This document shows, piece by piece, positions 14,256 to 30,711 of a stretch of 64,000 nucleotides of DNA. Below the pieces are notes generated by a model. That model worked only from the letters and a program-made list of their open reading frames with translations. It was not told the DNA's origin and ran no database searches. The DNA is taken from the NCBI RefSeq assembly GCF_009914755.1, contig NC_060940.1, one strand, 5' to 3'. This DNA is from the human T2T-CHM13v2.0 reference genome, Homo sapiens. Positions within the stretch are counted from its first letter, which is position 1, and each line of letters starts with the position of its first letter. The position numbers and the translations under genes are program-made.

Positions 14256-16144
14256 ATATCACATGAATAAGGTTTTACAAGCGTGCTGTTTCTGGGATAC
14301 AAGGGGGACCCTGAGGGGTGCATGTTAACATATTCAAGTTGTAAAACCAGAAAAGACCCATTTAGATGGCTGTACAGTTATAGAGAGGAAAAATGCCTCT
14401 CAGCATACATGTTATTTGCAACAAAGCAAAACAAATTTGTGAGCTTCTTATTGCAGATGAAGCAGAGGGAGAGCCTGAAAAATTTCCTGCCGTCTTGAGG
14501 CAGTAAATAGAAAATGGGTTGTATAGTACTGATTGCTGCTAATTTAAGACATATAAAAATCACTGATGGCCTCTTTTTGTTCTCCACTTTTTTCTCTGTT
14601 ATTTACTAAAGGTAAAATAGTCACACATTTACATACATTATCTTTGTCCTTGTAACTCATTTTTATGTTAAGGATATATATTCCTTATTCTATCTCTTTC
14701 ACTTATTTTTGTTCCAACCTACCATTCCCTGTAAGAATTTAATCCTTGTGCTTGGGAATGAAGTGTACAATTCTCCTTGCCTAGAATGCTCTAATCTGCC
14801 TGCTGCTATGCTTGGCAAGCTCTTAGTCCTCAACCAGCTATTACCTTTGCGAAGTATTTCTCAAGATCACCAGCCTCGATGGCCCTTTCTTCTTTGATTC
14901 TGTGAGGCTCTTTTTAATGTTTCTTTTATAGCATTTTTCATACTGGGCTCTCATTCTTTGTGTACATATCCGTCTTTCCCTTTATACTGGGAAAACTTTG
15001 AGTCAAGAGTAGCATCTCTCCCTCTCTTCCTTCATCAAACATGTATTAAGCGTCAGACCCTGTGATAGGATCTGTGGATACAGAAATGAATTAGACACAG
15101 CCCCTGGTCTGGAAGGGAGATCTCAAGACAATGTGGGAGCAATTAAAGAACGAGGCACTGAGGTAAAACCTTACATAATGCTTTCGTTTAGTCTTCCAAA
15201 TGACCTTAGATGCATCTGTGAGGATTCCCATTTTACCATTGAAAAGCCTGAGCTAAGGAGAAACTATAACTCATGAAAGAACATAAGGCTACCAAGTGTT
15301 CACAATTCCAGCCTCAACGTGGCCCCCCTGGAGGAGGCAAGGCCCAGCAATGTCATGACTGTGAGGATTTGGCCAGATGAAGGAGTCAGGGGAAGGAACT
15401 CCAGGAAGAGAGACAAGGCTATGCAAAGGCTTAGGGGTGAGGGAGCATTGCTATTTAGGGAATTATAAAAGTATTAGTCATCTCAGGATTTCCGGTGTTC
15501 ACACAGTGCTCAGTACACAGTAGATGCTCACTGAATATTGTAAGAATGCATTCCTGCCGCTAAAGTCCCCAAAACTTGTAATTCAACTCAGGACCCGAGT
15601 TTCTTGTGTTCCTCAGTATTCTTCAGTAAATTCTCATTTTTGCTGAGGTTCTGGCTTGCATAGACCCGTGGCCCAACTTGGAAGAGTGTGCCCTCAAACT
15701 GTCTCCATTCAGCCTTTCAGAAATACAGTTCAGAGGCTTCCTCCCCCACTTCTACCCTTTAAATGTCCAGGGACTGTTTCTACATTTGGTTCAGACAGAC
15801 TGAGCAAAATTTTGGACATAGATGGACAATTGCTGGATAGACAGCTGATGGAGTGTCTTGACTGAGACCGTCTGTAGGCTACACAGCTCTGGGGTATGTG
15901 AAAACTGCCCCCAGCAGATGGAAGTCTGAGCTCAAGAAACAAAAATCTAAGGGAAGTTGCTTTTAGTTCAGCCATAATTCCTAACTCTTGGATCTCTTTC
16001 TCATCTGCTCTCCTGCCCATAGACCTGGGGAATACTGTTTTAGACTGGAAGGGGTGGGGCAGATGGAGAAACTGTTCTCTTTCTTTTGCTTTTGCTGAAG
16101 ACATGTTGTCAAGGCTAGGAATGTTCTTTCTTTTATATGGGATG

Positions 16145-16395
16145 TCAGTTAATAGAAAGGACTCTGGAGCCAGACTGCATGGGGTTTGAATCCCGGCTCT
16201 GCTACTTACCAGCTTCTTGACCTTGGATAAGTTACTTAACATCTCTGTACCTCAGCTTCCCTATCTGTAAAATGGGATTAATAATAGTACCTATTTCATA
16301 AGGTTTTTGTGAGAGTATAAAGGAATTAAAATATTTAAAGCACTTAGAACAGTACCTGGAACATCTTACGTGCAATATATGTGACGATGATGATT
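16145..16395 (+). mobile_element. MIR (well preserved)
   Basis: ctctggagccagactgc...gaatcccggctctgctacttac...tctgtaaaatgggattaataatagtaccta. Confidence 0.92.
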
Positions 16396-16875
16396 GTGAT
16401 AATTAAAGTTACTCTACACAAACTCCCTCCTTTCTTCTGGTTCATTTGTACTAAATGGTAATGTCCCATTTAGTCTCAAAGCCCAATCAAATAGGAATTA
16501 GTTCTTATTTTCTTTGAAGACATGGTGAATTTAGACTCTAAGTTGGTAATATCATGTTTAAGCTGTCTAGCACGGTAAACCAAGAAAAGAAAAACAAAAT
16601 AATAAGATTTCAGATGAAAATAGTTGGGCTATTCACATGAACAAAATACCCCAGGTTGTTTGAGTTGATATATTACTCAAAACCAGAAGAAACTTGATCT
16701 AGTCCACTTACTGAAATTTTGATGGGTAAACGGAAGCACAGAGAACTGACTAATGCAGGGTTATATAGGGCTAGACCTAGAATATACTTCTCCTGATCCC
16801 TGTTCATGTTCCTTGCAATGCCCTGTAGCCAAAGGATGTTCACTCTCTGAAGCTTCTCAAATTTTTTTTTAATGA

Positions 16876-17095
16876 TAAGGGTCAGCAAATGCTTTCTGCA
16901 AAAGGCCTGATAGTAAATTATTCTGGGTTTTGTTGGCCATCTGTCTGTTACCACCACTCAACTCTCCCATTACAGTCTGAAAGCAGCCATAGACAGCGTG
17001 CAAATGAATGGATGTGACTGTGTTTTAATAAAATTTTATTTATAAAATATGTGGTGGGCCAGATTTGGCCCATGGGTTGTGGTTGCAAATCTCTG
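16876..17095 (+). mobile_element. MER58A
   Basis: gggtcagcaaa...aaagcagccatagaca...gggccagatttggccc. Confidence 0.85.
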
Positions 17096-17758
17096 CTCTA
17101 TGATATCCCCAGCTGAAGTGTTAAAGGGAAATACCAGAGCAATAAATGCTCTTCTACATGAAACAGAAGCCATTAGCCAAATGCTTAATGTGAAGAAGTA
17201 GCCAGAGGAAAGAGCTGTGGTGTGTGAAGTAATGAGGATGATTAGGCAAAAACCAGCTTTACTTTTCCATCCCAGCTAACTCAGTTTCTTTTTATTTATA
17301 ATTTTCTAAAAGAGGGAAAATAGAGATGGAAATTTTTCTACCTAAACAGTGGGATTAAGAGAAAAAATTCTGTAATGTAGTTTTGGTTACCATGGCATTC
17401 CTGGTACAACTTGCCAGAACATCCAAATAAAAGGACAAGCTTTTATCTCTCCCTGCAACTCAATTAATTTTAATCTATAAGATGAGAATTATCCACTTAG
17501 CTTCCAAGATTAGCTTGCTTTATTAGGGTATCAAAAAATAAGCAGAAAGAAAAGAAAATGTGCTTGAAGATGACTTGCTTTCATTTGAGAAAATCAGTCC
17601 ACAGTTAATTAGGGCAAAACTTAGAGGCTGCAGGGAGGTTAGCAGAGTGAGATTTAATCATTGTCAGATAAGTGTACAGTCAAGAAAACACCATGAAACA
17701 TTCTCTCTGTGAGGTGCATAGTTACCTACATCTTTTGGAATTGTTTATGATGGGGATG

Positions 17759-18665
17759 TGTATTAGTTATCTGTTGCTACACGATAATCACACCCAAACT
17801 TATCAGCTTAACACAAAACACATTTGTTGTCTCACAATTTCCATGATCAAAAATGTAGGCACAATTTAGTTAGGTGTTCTGTGTCAAGAGTCTTTGGATA
17901 AGGCTGCAATTAAGGTTGTCAACCTGGCTGAGGTTTAATTTGAAGGTTCTACTGGGGATGAACTCCCTTCCAAGTTCCCATGGCTGTTAGTAGGGTTCAG
18001 TTCCTCAAGGGTTGTTGTACTGAGGCCCTCAGTTCTTAGCTGGCTGTTGTCTGGAGGCTACCCTCAGTTCCTTGGCATGGAGGCCTCTCTAGTATGTCAG
18101 CTTGCTTCATCAAACCATGCAAGCCAAGAAGACAATAGAGTCTGCTAGCAAGATGGAAGTTACAATCTTTTTTTTTTTTTTTTTTTTTTTCCTCTGGAGA
18201 CGGAGTCTTGCTCTGTCGCCCAGGCTGGAGTGCAGTGGCCCAATCTCGGCAAGTGGAGTGCAAGCTCCACTTCCTGGGTTCACGCCATTCTCCTGCCTCA
18301 GCCTCCCGAGTAGCTGGGAATACAGGGGCCCGCCACCACGCCCAGCTAATTTTATTTTTGTATTTTTAGTAGAGACAGGGTTTCATCGTGTTAGCCAGGA
18401 TGGTCTCCATCTCCTGACCTCATGATCCACCCGCCCTGGCCTCCCAAAGTGCTGGGATTACAAGCGTGAGGCACTGTGCCCGGCTGGAAGTTACAATCTT
18501 ACATAACTTAATTATAGAAGTGACAGCCCATCATTGTTGACATATTCTATTGATTAGAAGTAGGTCACAGGTCCTGTCCATACCAAAAAAAAAAGGAACC
18601 ATGCAAAGATACGAAGGTGAAGAGGAGAGGATGATCGGGGGACATCTTAGAGTCTACCTGCTACA
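17759..18665 (-). mobile_element. MLT1E/F-like MaLR solo LTR, split by AluY
   Basis: tgtattagttatctgttgct start; ends catcttagagtctacctgctaca. Confidence 0.8.
18170..18485 (-). mobile_element. AluY
   Basis: Y diagnostics gcaagctcc, cacgccattc, cgtgttagccaggatggtctc; 15-bp TSD ggaagttacaatctt 18155-18169 and 18486-18500. Confidence 0.95.
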
Positions 18666-19726
18666 GGAAGAGAGAAGTAATGATTTCAGTGAAGTAGTAA
18701 TGAGAGAAAGTACACTGTCTTGATAAGAAGATCTCTGAAGCTGAATTTACTCTGAAGGATGTTGTGATCATTGAGTATCATGGGCCAAAGAGGAGGGATA
18801 ACGTGTGCATATATCATACCGTTGCTATTCCTAACTACAAACTCTGGTTTCTGAGAAGTTTAAACTGTAGGGAGACCATTTATCCTCATTAAATCTAGAT
18901 GCTGGGCTATAACATTGGGTAAACCGAGCCCGTGTAACAGTTGGGTCTCTTTTAGTGACAAGCAACAGAAAATCCAACTCAAGTGGTTAAGGAAAGAGAG
19001 AATGTATTAGCTTATACAGCTGAAAACTCCAAGAGTAAATTTCACTTCAGGTGTAGCTGGGTTCAGGGCTTCAGCAAAATATTTTATTTGTTTACTTTTT
19101 TGGTTAAGGTTATTGAGACGTAACTTGGGTATGGTACCCTTTTCGTACACAGTTTAGTGAGTTTTGATAAACGTGCAGTTGTGTACTCACCAACATAATC
19201 GGGATATAGAACATTTCCACAATCCCCCCTCCCTAATTTTTTTCTTGTCCCTTTGTAGTCAACTTCTCCTGCTACCCTCAGCCCCTGACAACCACTCATC
19301 TCTTTTCAGTACCTATAGTTTTGCCTTTTTCAGAATATCTTTTAAATGGAATTAAGTAGTCTAGATGTACTCATAAGATTATGTGTCTGGCCTCTGTTAC
19401 TCACTATCCTGCCTTTGTGTAGGAGTCATCTGTGTAATCACACCTCTGATTTCTTTTTATCACTGAGTAGCCCATTGTACAGATGTACAGTGATTTTTAA
19501 AACCTATTAACCAATTGCAGGACATTTGATTTGTTACCATTTTTGGCAACTGTGAATAAAACTACTAGAAACGTTTGTGCATATGTTTTTTATTTGTGTG
19601 TGTGTGAATGTAAGTTTTCATTGTTCTGGTAAACACCTAGTAGGGAAGTTGCTTAGTGATACAGTAAATCTGTATTTAATTTTATAAGAAACTACCAATT
19701 TGTTTTCCAAAATGGGTTGTACCAGT

Positions 19727-19878
19727 GCTGGGCACAGTGGCTCACCCCTGTAATCCCAGCACTTTGGGAGGTAGAGGTGGGTGGATCACCTGTGGCCAGG
19801 AGTTTGAGACTAGCCTGGTCAAAACAGTGAAACCCCATCTCTACTAAAAATAATAAAATAAAATAAAATAAAATAAAA
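19727..19878 (+). mobile_element. Alu left arm only (AluS-like) with (TAAAA)n
   Basis: Left monomer ending ctctactaaaaata, then TAAAA repeats. Confidence 0.9.
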
Positions 19879-21031
19879 GTTACTTCCTATTCTCACCAGT
19901 ACTTGTTCTCACTCACCTTTTAAGGTTTATTTTAGCTATTCTAATAGGTGTGCGGTGCTATCTCAAGGTACTTTTAAGTTACATTTTCCTGATAACTAAT
20001 GATGTCAGTCATCCTTATGTGTTTATGTGCTATCTGTATGTCCTCCTTGGGGAAGTGTCCATGCAAATCTTTTCCCATTTTAATAATTGTGTACTTACCT
20101 ATTTTGAGGATAAATGTTATTCTTTTTTAAAATTATTATTATACTTTAAGTTCTAGGGTACATGTGCACAATGTGCAGGTTTGATACATAGGTATATATG
20201 TGCCATGTTGGTTTGCTGCACCCATGAACTCATCATTTACATTAGGTATTTCTCCTAATGCTATCCCTCCCCCAGTCCCCCACCCCCCGACAGGTCCCGG
20301 TGTGTGATGTTCCTCGCCCTGTGTCCAAGTGTTCTCATTGTCTGGTTCCCACCTATGAGTGAGAACATGCAGTGTTTGGTTTTCTGTCTTTGTGATAGTT
20401 TGCTGAGAATGATGGTTTCCAGCTTCATCCATGTCCCTGCAAAGGACATGAACTCATCCTTTTTTATGGCTGCAAAGTGTTCCATGGTGTATATGTGCCA
20501 CATTTTCTTAATCCAGTCAAGACTGATGGACATTTGGGTTGGTTCCAAGTCTTTGCTATTGTGAGTAGTGCCGCAATAAACATACGTGTGCATGTGTCTT
20601 TATAGCAGCATGATTTATAGTCCTTTGGGTATATACCCTGTAATGGGATTGCTGGGTCAAATGGTATTTCTAGTTCTAGATCCTTGAGGAATCGCCACAC
20701 TGTCTTCCACAATGGTTGAACTAGTTTGCACTCCCACCAACAGTGTAAAAGCATTCCTATTTTTCCACATCCTCTCCAGCATCTGTTGTTTCCTGACTTT
20801 TTAATGATCACCATTTTAACTGGCATGAGATGGTATTTCATTGTGGTTTTGATTTACATTTCTCTGATGGCCAGTGAAGATGAGCATTTTTTCATGTGTC
20901 TGTTGGCTGCATAAATGTTTTCCTTTGAGAAGTGTCTGTTCATATCCTTTGCCTACTTTTTGATAGGGTTGTTTGTTTTTTTCTTGTAAATTTGTGTGAG
21001 TTCTTTGTAGATTCTGGATATTAGCCCTTTG

Positions 21032-21718
21032 TCAGATGGGTAGATTGCAAAAATTTTCTCCCATTCTGTAGGTTGTCTGTTCACTCTGATGGTAGTTTCT
21101 TTTGCTGTGCAGAAGCTCTTTAATTAGATCCCATTTGTCTATTTTGGCTTTTGTTGCCACTGCTTTTGGTGTTTTAGTCATAAAGTCCTTGCCCATGCCT
21201 ATGTCCTGAATGGTATTGTCTAGGTTTTCTTCTAGGGTTTTCATGGTTTTAGGTCTAACATTTAAGTCTTTAATCCATCTTGAATTAATTTTTGTATAAG
21301 GCGTAAGGAAGGGATCCAGTTTCAGCTTTCCGAACATGGCTAGCCAGTTTTCCCAGAACCATGTATTAAATAGGGAATCCTTTCCCCATTTCTTGTTTTT
21401 GTCAGGTTTGTCAAAGATCAGATGGTTATAGATGTGTGGTGTTATTTCTGAGGACTCTGTTCTGTTCCATTGGTCTATATCTCTGTTTTGGTACCAGTAC
21501 CATGTTTTGGTTACTATAACCTTGTAGTGTAAAGTCAGGTGTGTGATGCCTTCAGCTTTGTTCTTTTTGCTTAGGATTGTCTTGGCTCTAAAGGCTCTTT
21601 TTTGGTTCCATATGAACTTTAAAGTAGTTTTTTCCACTTCTATGAAGAAAGTCATTTGTAGCTTGATGGGGATGGCATTGAATCTATAAATTACCTTGGG
21701 CAGTATGGCCATTTTCAC
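21032..21718 (-). pseudogene. L1 ORF2p fragment (post-RT region), disrupted
   Basis: [18 protein letters not shown]...[12 protein letters not shown]; frameshifted at both ends. Confidence 0.92.
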
Positions 21719-21760
21719 GATATTGATTCTTCCTATCCATGAGCATGGAATGTTCTTTCA

Positions 21761-22867
<1,107 letters not shown>

Positions 22868-23022
22868 TTCTTCTAGATTTTCTAGTTTATTTGCGTGGGG
22901 GTGTTTATAGTATTCTCTGATGGTAATTTGTATTTCTGTGGGATCGGTGGTGATATCCCCTTTATCATTTTTTATTGTGTCTATTTGATTCTTCTCTCTT
23001 TTCTTCTTTATTAGTCTTGCTA

Positions 23023-23490
<468 letters not shown>

Positions 23491-23821
23491 AACTTAGGAT
23501 TAAGAAACTCACTCAGAACCGCACAACTACCTGGAAACTGAACAACCTGCTCCTGAATGACTACTGGGTAAATAACTAAATGAAGGCAGAAATAAAGATG
23601 TTCTTTGAAACCAATGAGAACAAAGACACAATGTACCAGAATCTCTGGGACACATTAAAAGCAGCGTGTAGAGGGAAATTTATACCACTAAATGCCCGCA
23701 AGAGAAAGCAGGAAAAATCTAACAGGGGATAAATGTTATTCTTAGATAGAACCCTCATAAGTTGTTTGAGCAAGTAGAAACAACAATAACTAGAAACTGA
23801 GGCTTATTTTAAAAAAACCTA

Positions 23822-24178
23822 CACAGCCATAAAAAAGAATGAAATCATGTCCTTTGCAACAACATGGATGTGGCTGAAGGCCATTACTCTAAGCAAATTA
23901 ATGCAGGAACAGAAGACCAAATACCACATGTTCTCACTCATATGTAAGAACTAAACATTGGGTAGTCATGGACATAAAGATGGCAACAATAAACACTGGG
24001 GACTACTGGGTGGGGGAGGGAGGAAGGTGAGTGTTGAAAAACTATTGGGTACTATGCTTACTACCTTGGTGACGGGATCAGCTGTACCCTAAACCTCAGC
24101 ATTAAACAAGATACCCATGTAACAAACTTGCACATATACCCCCTGAATCTAAAATAAAAGTCGAACTTGTTAAAAAAA
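23822..24178 (+). mobile_element. L1 3' end (L1PA16/L1PB-like)
   Basis: cagccataaaaaagaatgaaatcatgtcc...ccctgaatctaaaataaaag. Confidence 0.88.
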
Positions 24179-24667
24179 ATCTAAAACATGTAAATGAACA
24201 TAGAGCTGCAGAGACATAAAATAACATAACATTAGATAAAAATTGTATTATTGTTTCATTATTGGGCTTTGAGAGTTTTAAAAATATATTCCAGATGTAA
24301 ATCCTTTATCAGATATGTATTTTGCAAATACTTTTATCCCAGTGGCTTGCATTTTTGAAACGTGGCTTGCCTTTTAATATGTTAACAGTGTCTTTTGAGG
24401 AGCAGAAGTGTAAAATGTTGATGAAGTCCAACTTATCCATTCTCTCTTTTATGGATGATGCTTTTCATGTTCTAACTAATAAATCTTTGCCTAAATCATG
24501 GTCATAAAAATTTTATTCTATGTTTTCTTCTAGAAATTTTATAGATTTAGATTTTACATTTAGCTTTTTAATCCACTTAGAGTTTAATTTTTATATAAGG
24601 TGTTTGTTGAGGTTTAGTTCTTTATTTTTTTTTTGCAAATAGTTATCCAATTCATCACCATTTTTGA

Positions 24668-25024
<357 letters not shown>

Positions 25025-25269
25025 TGACCAAACAAGCATGGGTTTCCTTCGGGGCTTTCTATCCTGACTTTTCCTCAGTGTTGGCTCCATTTTCAGGAAG
25101 ACTCTTTCTCATGGTTTCAAGGTGTCTGACAGTAGCTCCTGAAACCTCATTTTTCAGTTTCATGCTCAGTAAAAGATGAGCATCTGTGGCTTGGTATTTT
25201 CCACAAAAATCCTGAAATTGATTCTAATCCAGAATGAATTTCAGTCTGATTAGATCAGTTTAGGTCATG

Positions 25270-25679
25270 TGATATGGTTTGGATCTGTGCGCCACCCAAA
25301 TCTCATGTTCAATTGTAATCCCAATGTTGGAGGTGGGGCCAAGTGTAAGGGGATGGGATCATGGGGATGGTCCTTCATAATCATTTAGTACCATCTCCTT
25401 GGTGCTTCTCTCATGAGAGTGAGTGAGTTATTATGAGATCTGGTCATTTAAAATTGTGTGGCACCTTCCCATCTTTTCTCTATATCTAGCCACATAAGAC
25501 ATACCAGCTTCCCCTTCCCCTTCCGCCATGATTGAATGTTTCCTGAGGTTTCCCAAGAAGCAGAAGCTGCTATGCTTCCTGTACAGCCTGCAGAACTGTG
25601 AGCCAATTAAACTTCTTTTCTTTATAAATTAGCTAGTCTCAGGTATTCATTTGTAGCAGTGTGAGAATAGACTAATATA
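25270..25679 (+). mobile_element. MSTA-like MaLR solo LTR
   Basis: tgatatggtttggatctgtg...gcagaactgtgagccaattaaac...actaatata; 5-bp TSD tcatg 25265-25269 and 25680-25684. Confidence 0.9.
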
Positions 25680-26992
25680 TCATGTGATACACAGTGATTG
25701 TCTTGGACCTGGGTCACCTCCTCTACCTGTGTGACTAGGAATGGAGCCTCACTCAAATCACACAGACCTTATATGTAGAAGAATGAATTCTCAAAGAAAA
25801 ACTAGGGCTCTGTTAGAATGGGAAAACATATGATGCTGTGGGCAAAAAACAATGCAAACAAACAATGGCAACCAAACATCCCAATAAATATCCATATTGC
25901 TCTTAACTCAAGAATTTCATGTGTAACAGGGAAGAACTGCATGGAAGAACACAAATTATAATAGACTGTTCGAAGTATAACAACCTAAATAAGTCCAAGA
26001 TATCAATGAGGGAGTAATTAAATCTATCTGCATGTTCTGGGAAGGCTTCCCAGATATGGCCTTTGAAATGGGTTTAAAAATCTTTTTAAAAAATACTTAA
26101 GTAAAATATAATCTATTTAAAGAAAAGTGCACAAGCTATAAGGATATGGCTCAATATATTATCACAATGTGAACATGCTTGCATAACCAGCATCTCAAAA
26201 ATGCCAGTGTCCTCTTTTCTCAAAAAGTAACTTCTATGCTGAGTTTTAACACAGATACTAGTTTTTACCACTTTAAAAACAATATAAATGGAATCAAGAA
26301 ATATGAATCAACTTGTCTTTGCTTATTTTGTACGTGGTTATGAGATTCATCCAGGTATTTGCATGTAGCCATAGTCAGTTTTCATTGCTGTGTACTATTC
26401 CATCATGTGACTATACTACCATTTATTTATTCATTTTATTGTTGTATATTTATGTTATTTCCAGTGTTTTGACTATTATTTAAAGTGTTGCTATGAAAAA
26501 ATTTATATTTAATTTTTGGCTATATGTAAATATAGTTGGACATACATCTAGAATATAAATTTCTGAGTCATAGAATTAGCATATGTTCGAATGTAGTAGA
26601 TGCTGCTAAACAGTTTTCTAAAGTGCTTGTGTTAATTTAAACTCCCACTAGAAGCATAATGGGAGTTCTAGTTCCTCTACATTGCTCTCAGTGCTTGATA
26701 GTGTTAGTCTTTTTAAAATTTTAGCCATTCTAGTGGGTATGTAGTGGCATCTGATAATGATTTTATCTTGCATTTGCCAAAGACTAATGAGGTTGAACAC
26801 CTTTTTATCTGCCTATTGGCAATTTAGGTATCCTTGTTTTGTGAAGTATCTGTTGTTTGTTCAAGTCTTTTTTTCATTTTTCTGTAGTTTTTTGTTTTGA
26901 TTTAGAAATTATTTTGTAATCTGGTATGAATCCCTTTTCATTTACATGTTGCAATTATCTCTTCCCACTATAAGGCTTACCTTTTCACTTTT

Positions 26993-27297
26993 TTTTTTTT
27001 TTTAAATAAGAGAAGGGGGTCTTGCTTTGTCATCTAGGCCAGAATGCAGTGGTGTGATTATAGCTTACTGCAACCTTGAACTCCTGGGCTCAAGCAATCC
27101 TCCCAACTCAGCCTCCTGAGTAGCTGGGACTACAGGCATGTGCCACCGCACCTGGCTAGTTTTTAATTTTTATTTTTGTAGAGATGGGGGTCTTGCTATG
27201 TTTCCTAGGCTGGCCTTAAACTCCTGGCCTCAAACAATACTCTTGCTTCAGCCTCCCAAGTAGCTGGGATTACAGGCGTGAGTCACCATGCCCGGCC
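26993..27297 (-). mobile_element. Alu (AluJ-like)
   Basis: TSD cttttcactttt 26981-26992 and 27298-27309. Confidence 0.95.
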
Positions 27298-27670
27298 CTT
27301 TTCACTTTTGTAATAGTGTGGTTTTTTTTTTTAATACACAAGTGTTCTTAATTTCAAAAGTTTAATTTTAAAATTAAAAGTTTATCAGTTGTTTGCTTTA
27401 TGATTAGTACTCTGTGTGGCTTGTCCAAGAAATCTTTTCCTCCTTAAAGTAATGAAGATAGATACACTCCGATGTTATCATCTGGAAGCTTGTTTTACCT
27501 TCTGCATCTAAACCTACATACCATTTGGGATTTGGTTTTAGGTATGATGTGAAGAAGGGCTCAAGTTTTGTTTTTTTACCATGTTTTATCCAGTTGACCC
27601 AGCACCATTTTATTGAAAAGACTTATTTCTTCACTGTTCTGCCATTTTATCATAAATCACATGTTAATAG

Positions 27671-28060
<390 letters not shown>

Positions 28061-28624
28061 TAATGTCTATCATTGTAATAAGTCTTAATACCTGGTAGAG
28101 CGTTTCCTTCTACTTTGTCATTCTCTAAGATTGTCTTGGCTAGTCTTGACTCTGCCTTTACATATAAATTTAAAAATCGGCTTCTAATTTCCAAAACAAA
28201 CAAACAGCACAGGCTGGGAATTTGACTGGAGTTGTATTAAATCTGTAGATCAGTTTGCAGACAATTAATATTACTACAGTGCTACTACAGCATGGAGTCG
28301 GAGTCCCCCAGTCCAGGACCTTCGTTTATCCCTTCATTTACTTAGGTGTTTAAACATTTTTATCAAAAATATCTTAGAGTTTTCCATGAAGCAGTCTTGC
28401 ACATATTTTGCTAGATTTACTCCTGGATATTTGATTTAAAAATATGATTATAGATGGACTTTTTGTTTGCTAAACATTTATTGATATATCAAAATACATT
28501 TGATGATTTTGTATTTATTTTGATCAACTGGGTTTTGAAATCTTGCTTTCTCTTGGGAAGTAGGTTCATCCATGTACCCTAATATACTCTGTAGGCCTCC
28601 CCCGATGCACTGCCTATGGGACTC

Positions 28625-29058
<434 letters not shown>

Positions 29059-29099
29059 AAGAAGTATATGAAAGGTGGCAGATATTGATAGAATTATCA

Positions 29100-30600
29100 T
29101 TCCCATGCTTGGAAAATTGTATTTCTTTAGTGACTAGTCTATACCTCACTAGAAGGAAAGACTTTTTCCTCTTCTAGCCTGTTGTCTTTGAGAAACAAAA
29201 TAGCATTGCCATATGTGAGAGCTCCTCCTCCTTCTCCATAGTCTAACTCCTCCTATGAATCCAATTACACTTAAATCACCTTTGGGGTCCAAAGCCAATG
29301 TAGTTGATTCCTGACTTAGCAGGGAAGAATGGAAAACCAATATTATCCAAGAAACAGGGAAGTGGGAATTGATCTGGATAGCGATGTTACACACAGCTGT
29401 TCAGTTTGCACGCTGCACGAAGGCTGCTGGCCATAAGAATAAATTTGGAGGAAGAAGGCTGAAATCCAGTAGCACTCTGCCCACCAAGCTGTGTGCCTTG
29501 GCGTGGGGCTGCATCTATACTCAGGGAGCACTTTCTCCTAATTCAGCTACCCAGATGGGGTATCGTTTCCCATTTTACACAAAGGCACCCTTTAGGCCAG
29601 TGGATGCCCTGGCCCAGGCCTCGAAGTTTGACTCATCTCCAAGTCGATCATCAGTAGCTGCATTTATCAGTTTCTCTTGGCACAGATTTGCAGCATTGCC
29701 AGGATGCTGACAAAATGTTTCTAGAGAACTCCACGCCCTCTTCTACCCTTTCTGTTAGTCTTTTATTGATTCTTCTCTCTTGTGTTTCTAAGCCTGAGCC
29801 AGGAACCCTCCTGTTATTAAAAGCAGTCCCAGTTGCCCACACCTTTCATTTCCTTTGAATTACATTAATTGCCTGACAGCTAAAAAGTGAGCTGGTATTT
29901 TCAGATTTCAGCGGCTGGTCGGCAAGAAATATTTACCAGCTCCTGCAGATTTATAAAGATGCCATGGAGATGCCTGGAGACTAACAATCAGAAAATACAG
30001 CAGCAAAACAACACTATTTTTCAAGGTTAAATGCTCAGAATGCTAAAAAGAAATTGTCCATAAAGCAAAATAGGGATTCAGAAGCAGGCAGCCTCTACTC
30101 TGGACAAAGAAAGGAGCCAGAGGTTTAAAATAAGATTTCACAGCTTCACAATAATTATGAATTTAATAAGGGGAGCTTTATTTTTAATTTAGTTTCAGTC
30201 TGGCAGCCAGTCTCCTCCCTCCAACCCCCTCTCTGCGGCATGGTAGTGCTCTTTAATGTGGTCCTAAGGCTAGGTCACAGTGAGAGCTGGGAAGCGCCCC
30301 CAGCCATAAGACTTTCTGATGAAGAAGAATTTAGACAGATAATGTTTCTGACTCTCTGCAGGCAGATGGGACTAACTCCCACTGGCTTTACTCCCTCCTG
30401 GCAGCCAGAAATGTCTTTTGCTATGTAGGAAGACACTAGGTTCTGAAAATTCCAAGACAGGAAGATTTTTTTCCTCCTGGATAGAACCCTAGGCTCTGAT
30501 TCCTGTTCTCCATGAACAGAATAATAAAACCGAGCCAAGGCCACTAAGAATCATTTTAGACTCTGCTGGTCAACACCATCTCCACTTACAAAGTCTCGTT
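29100..30600. promoter_or_regulatory. Repeat-free island, candidate developmental enhancer
   Basis: About 1.5 kb with no recognisable repeat; CCTTTGAA, TAATTG and TGACAG clustered at 29852-29879. Confidence 0.4.
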
Positions 30601-30711
30601 TCATAGACCACCTTTCAGTATGAGCCGTTTGCCAAGACCACATACATTCCTTTGTTTATTGTTCATTCATTCTACAAACATTTATTGAAGGTCTATTTTT
30701 TGAAGTACCCT

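Noticed and set aside
15730-16242. 170-aa minus-strand ORF
   Set aside because: Starts inside a MIR; no recognisable domain or exon structure; length compatible with chance.
27361-27378. 18-bp A/T-only palindrome
   Set aside because: Low-complexity sequence inside a decayed L1; too short for a PATRR-type element.
29369-29710. 113-aa ORF in the repeat-free island
   Set aside because: Non-ATG start, no recognisable homology, no splice signals supporting a coding exon.
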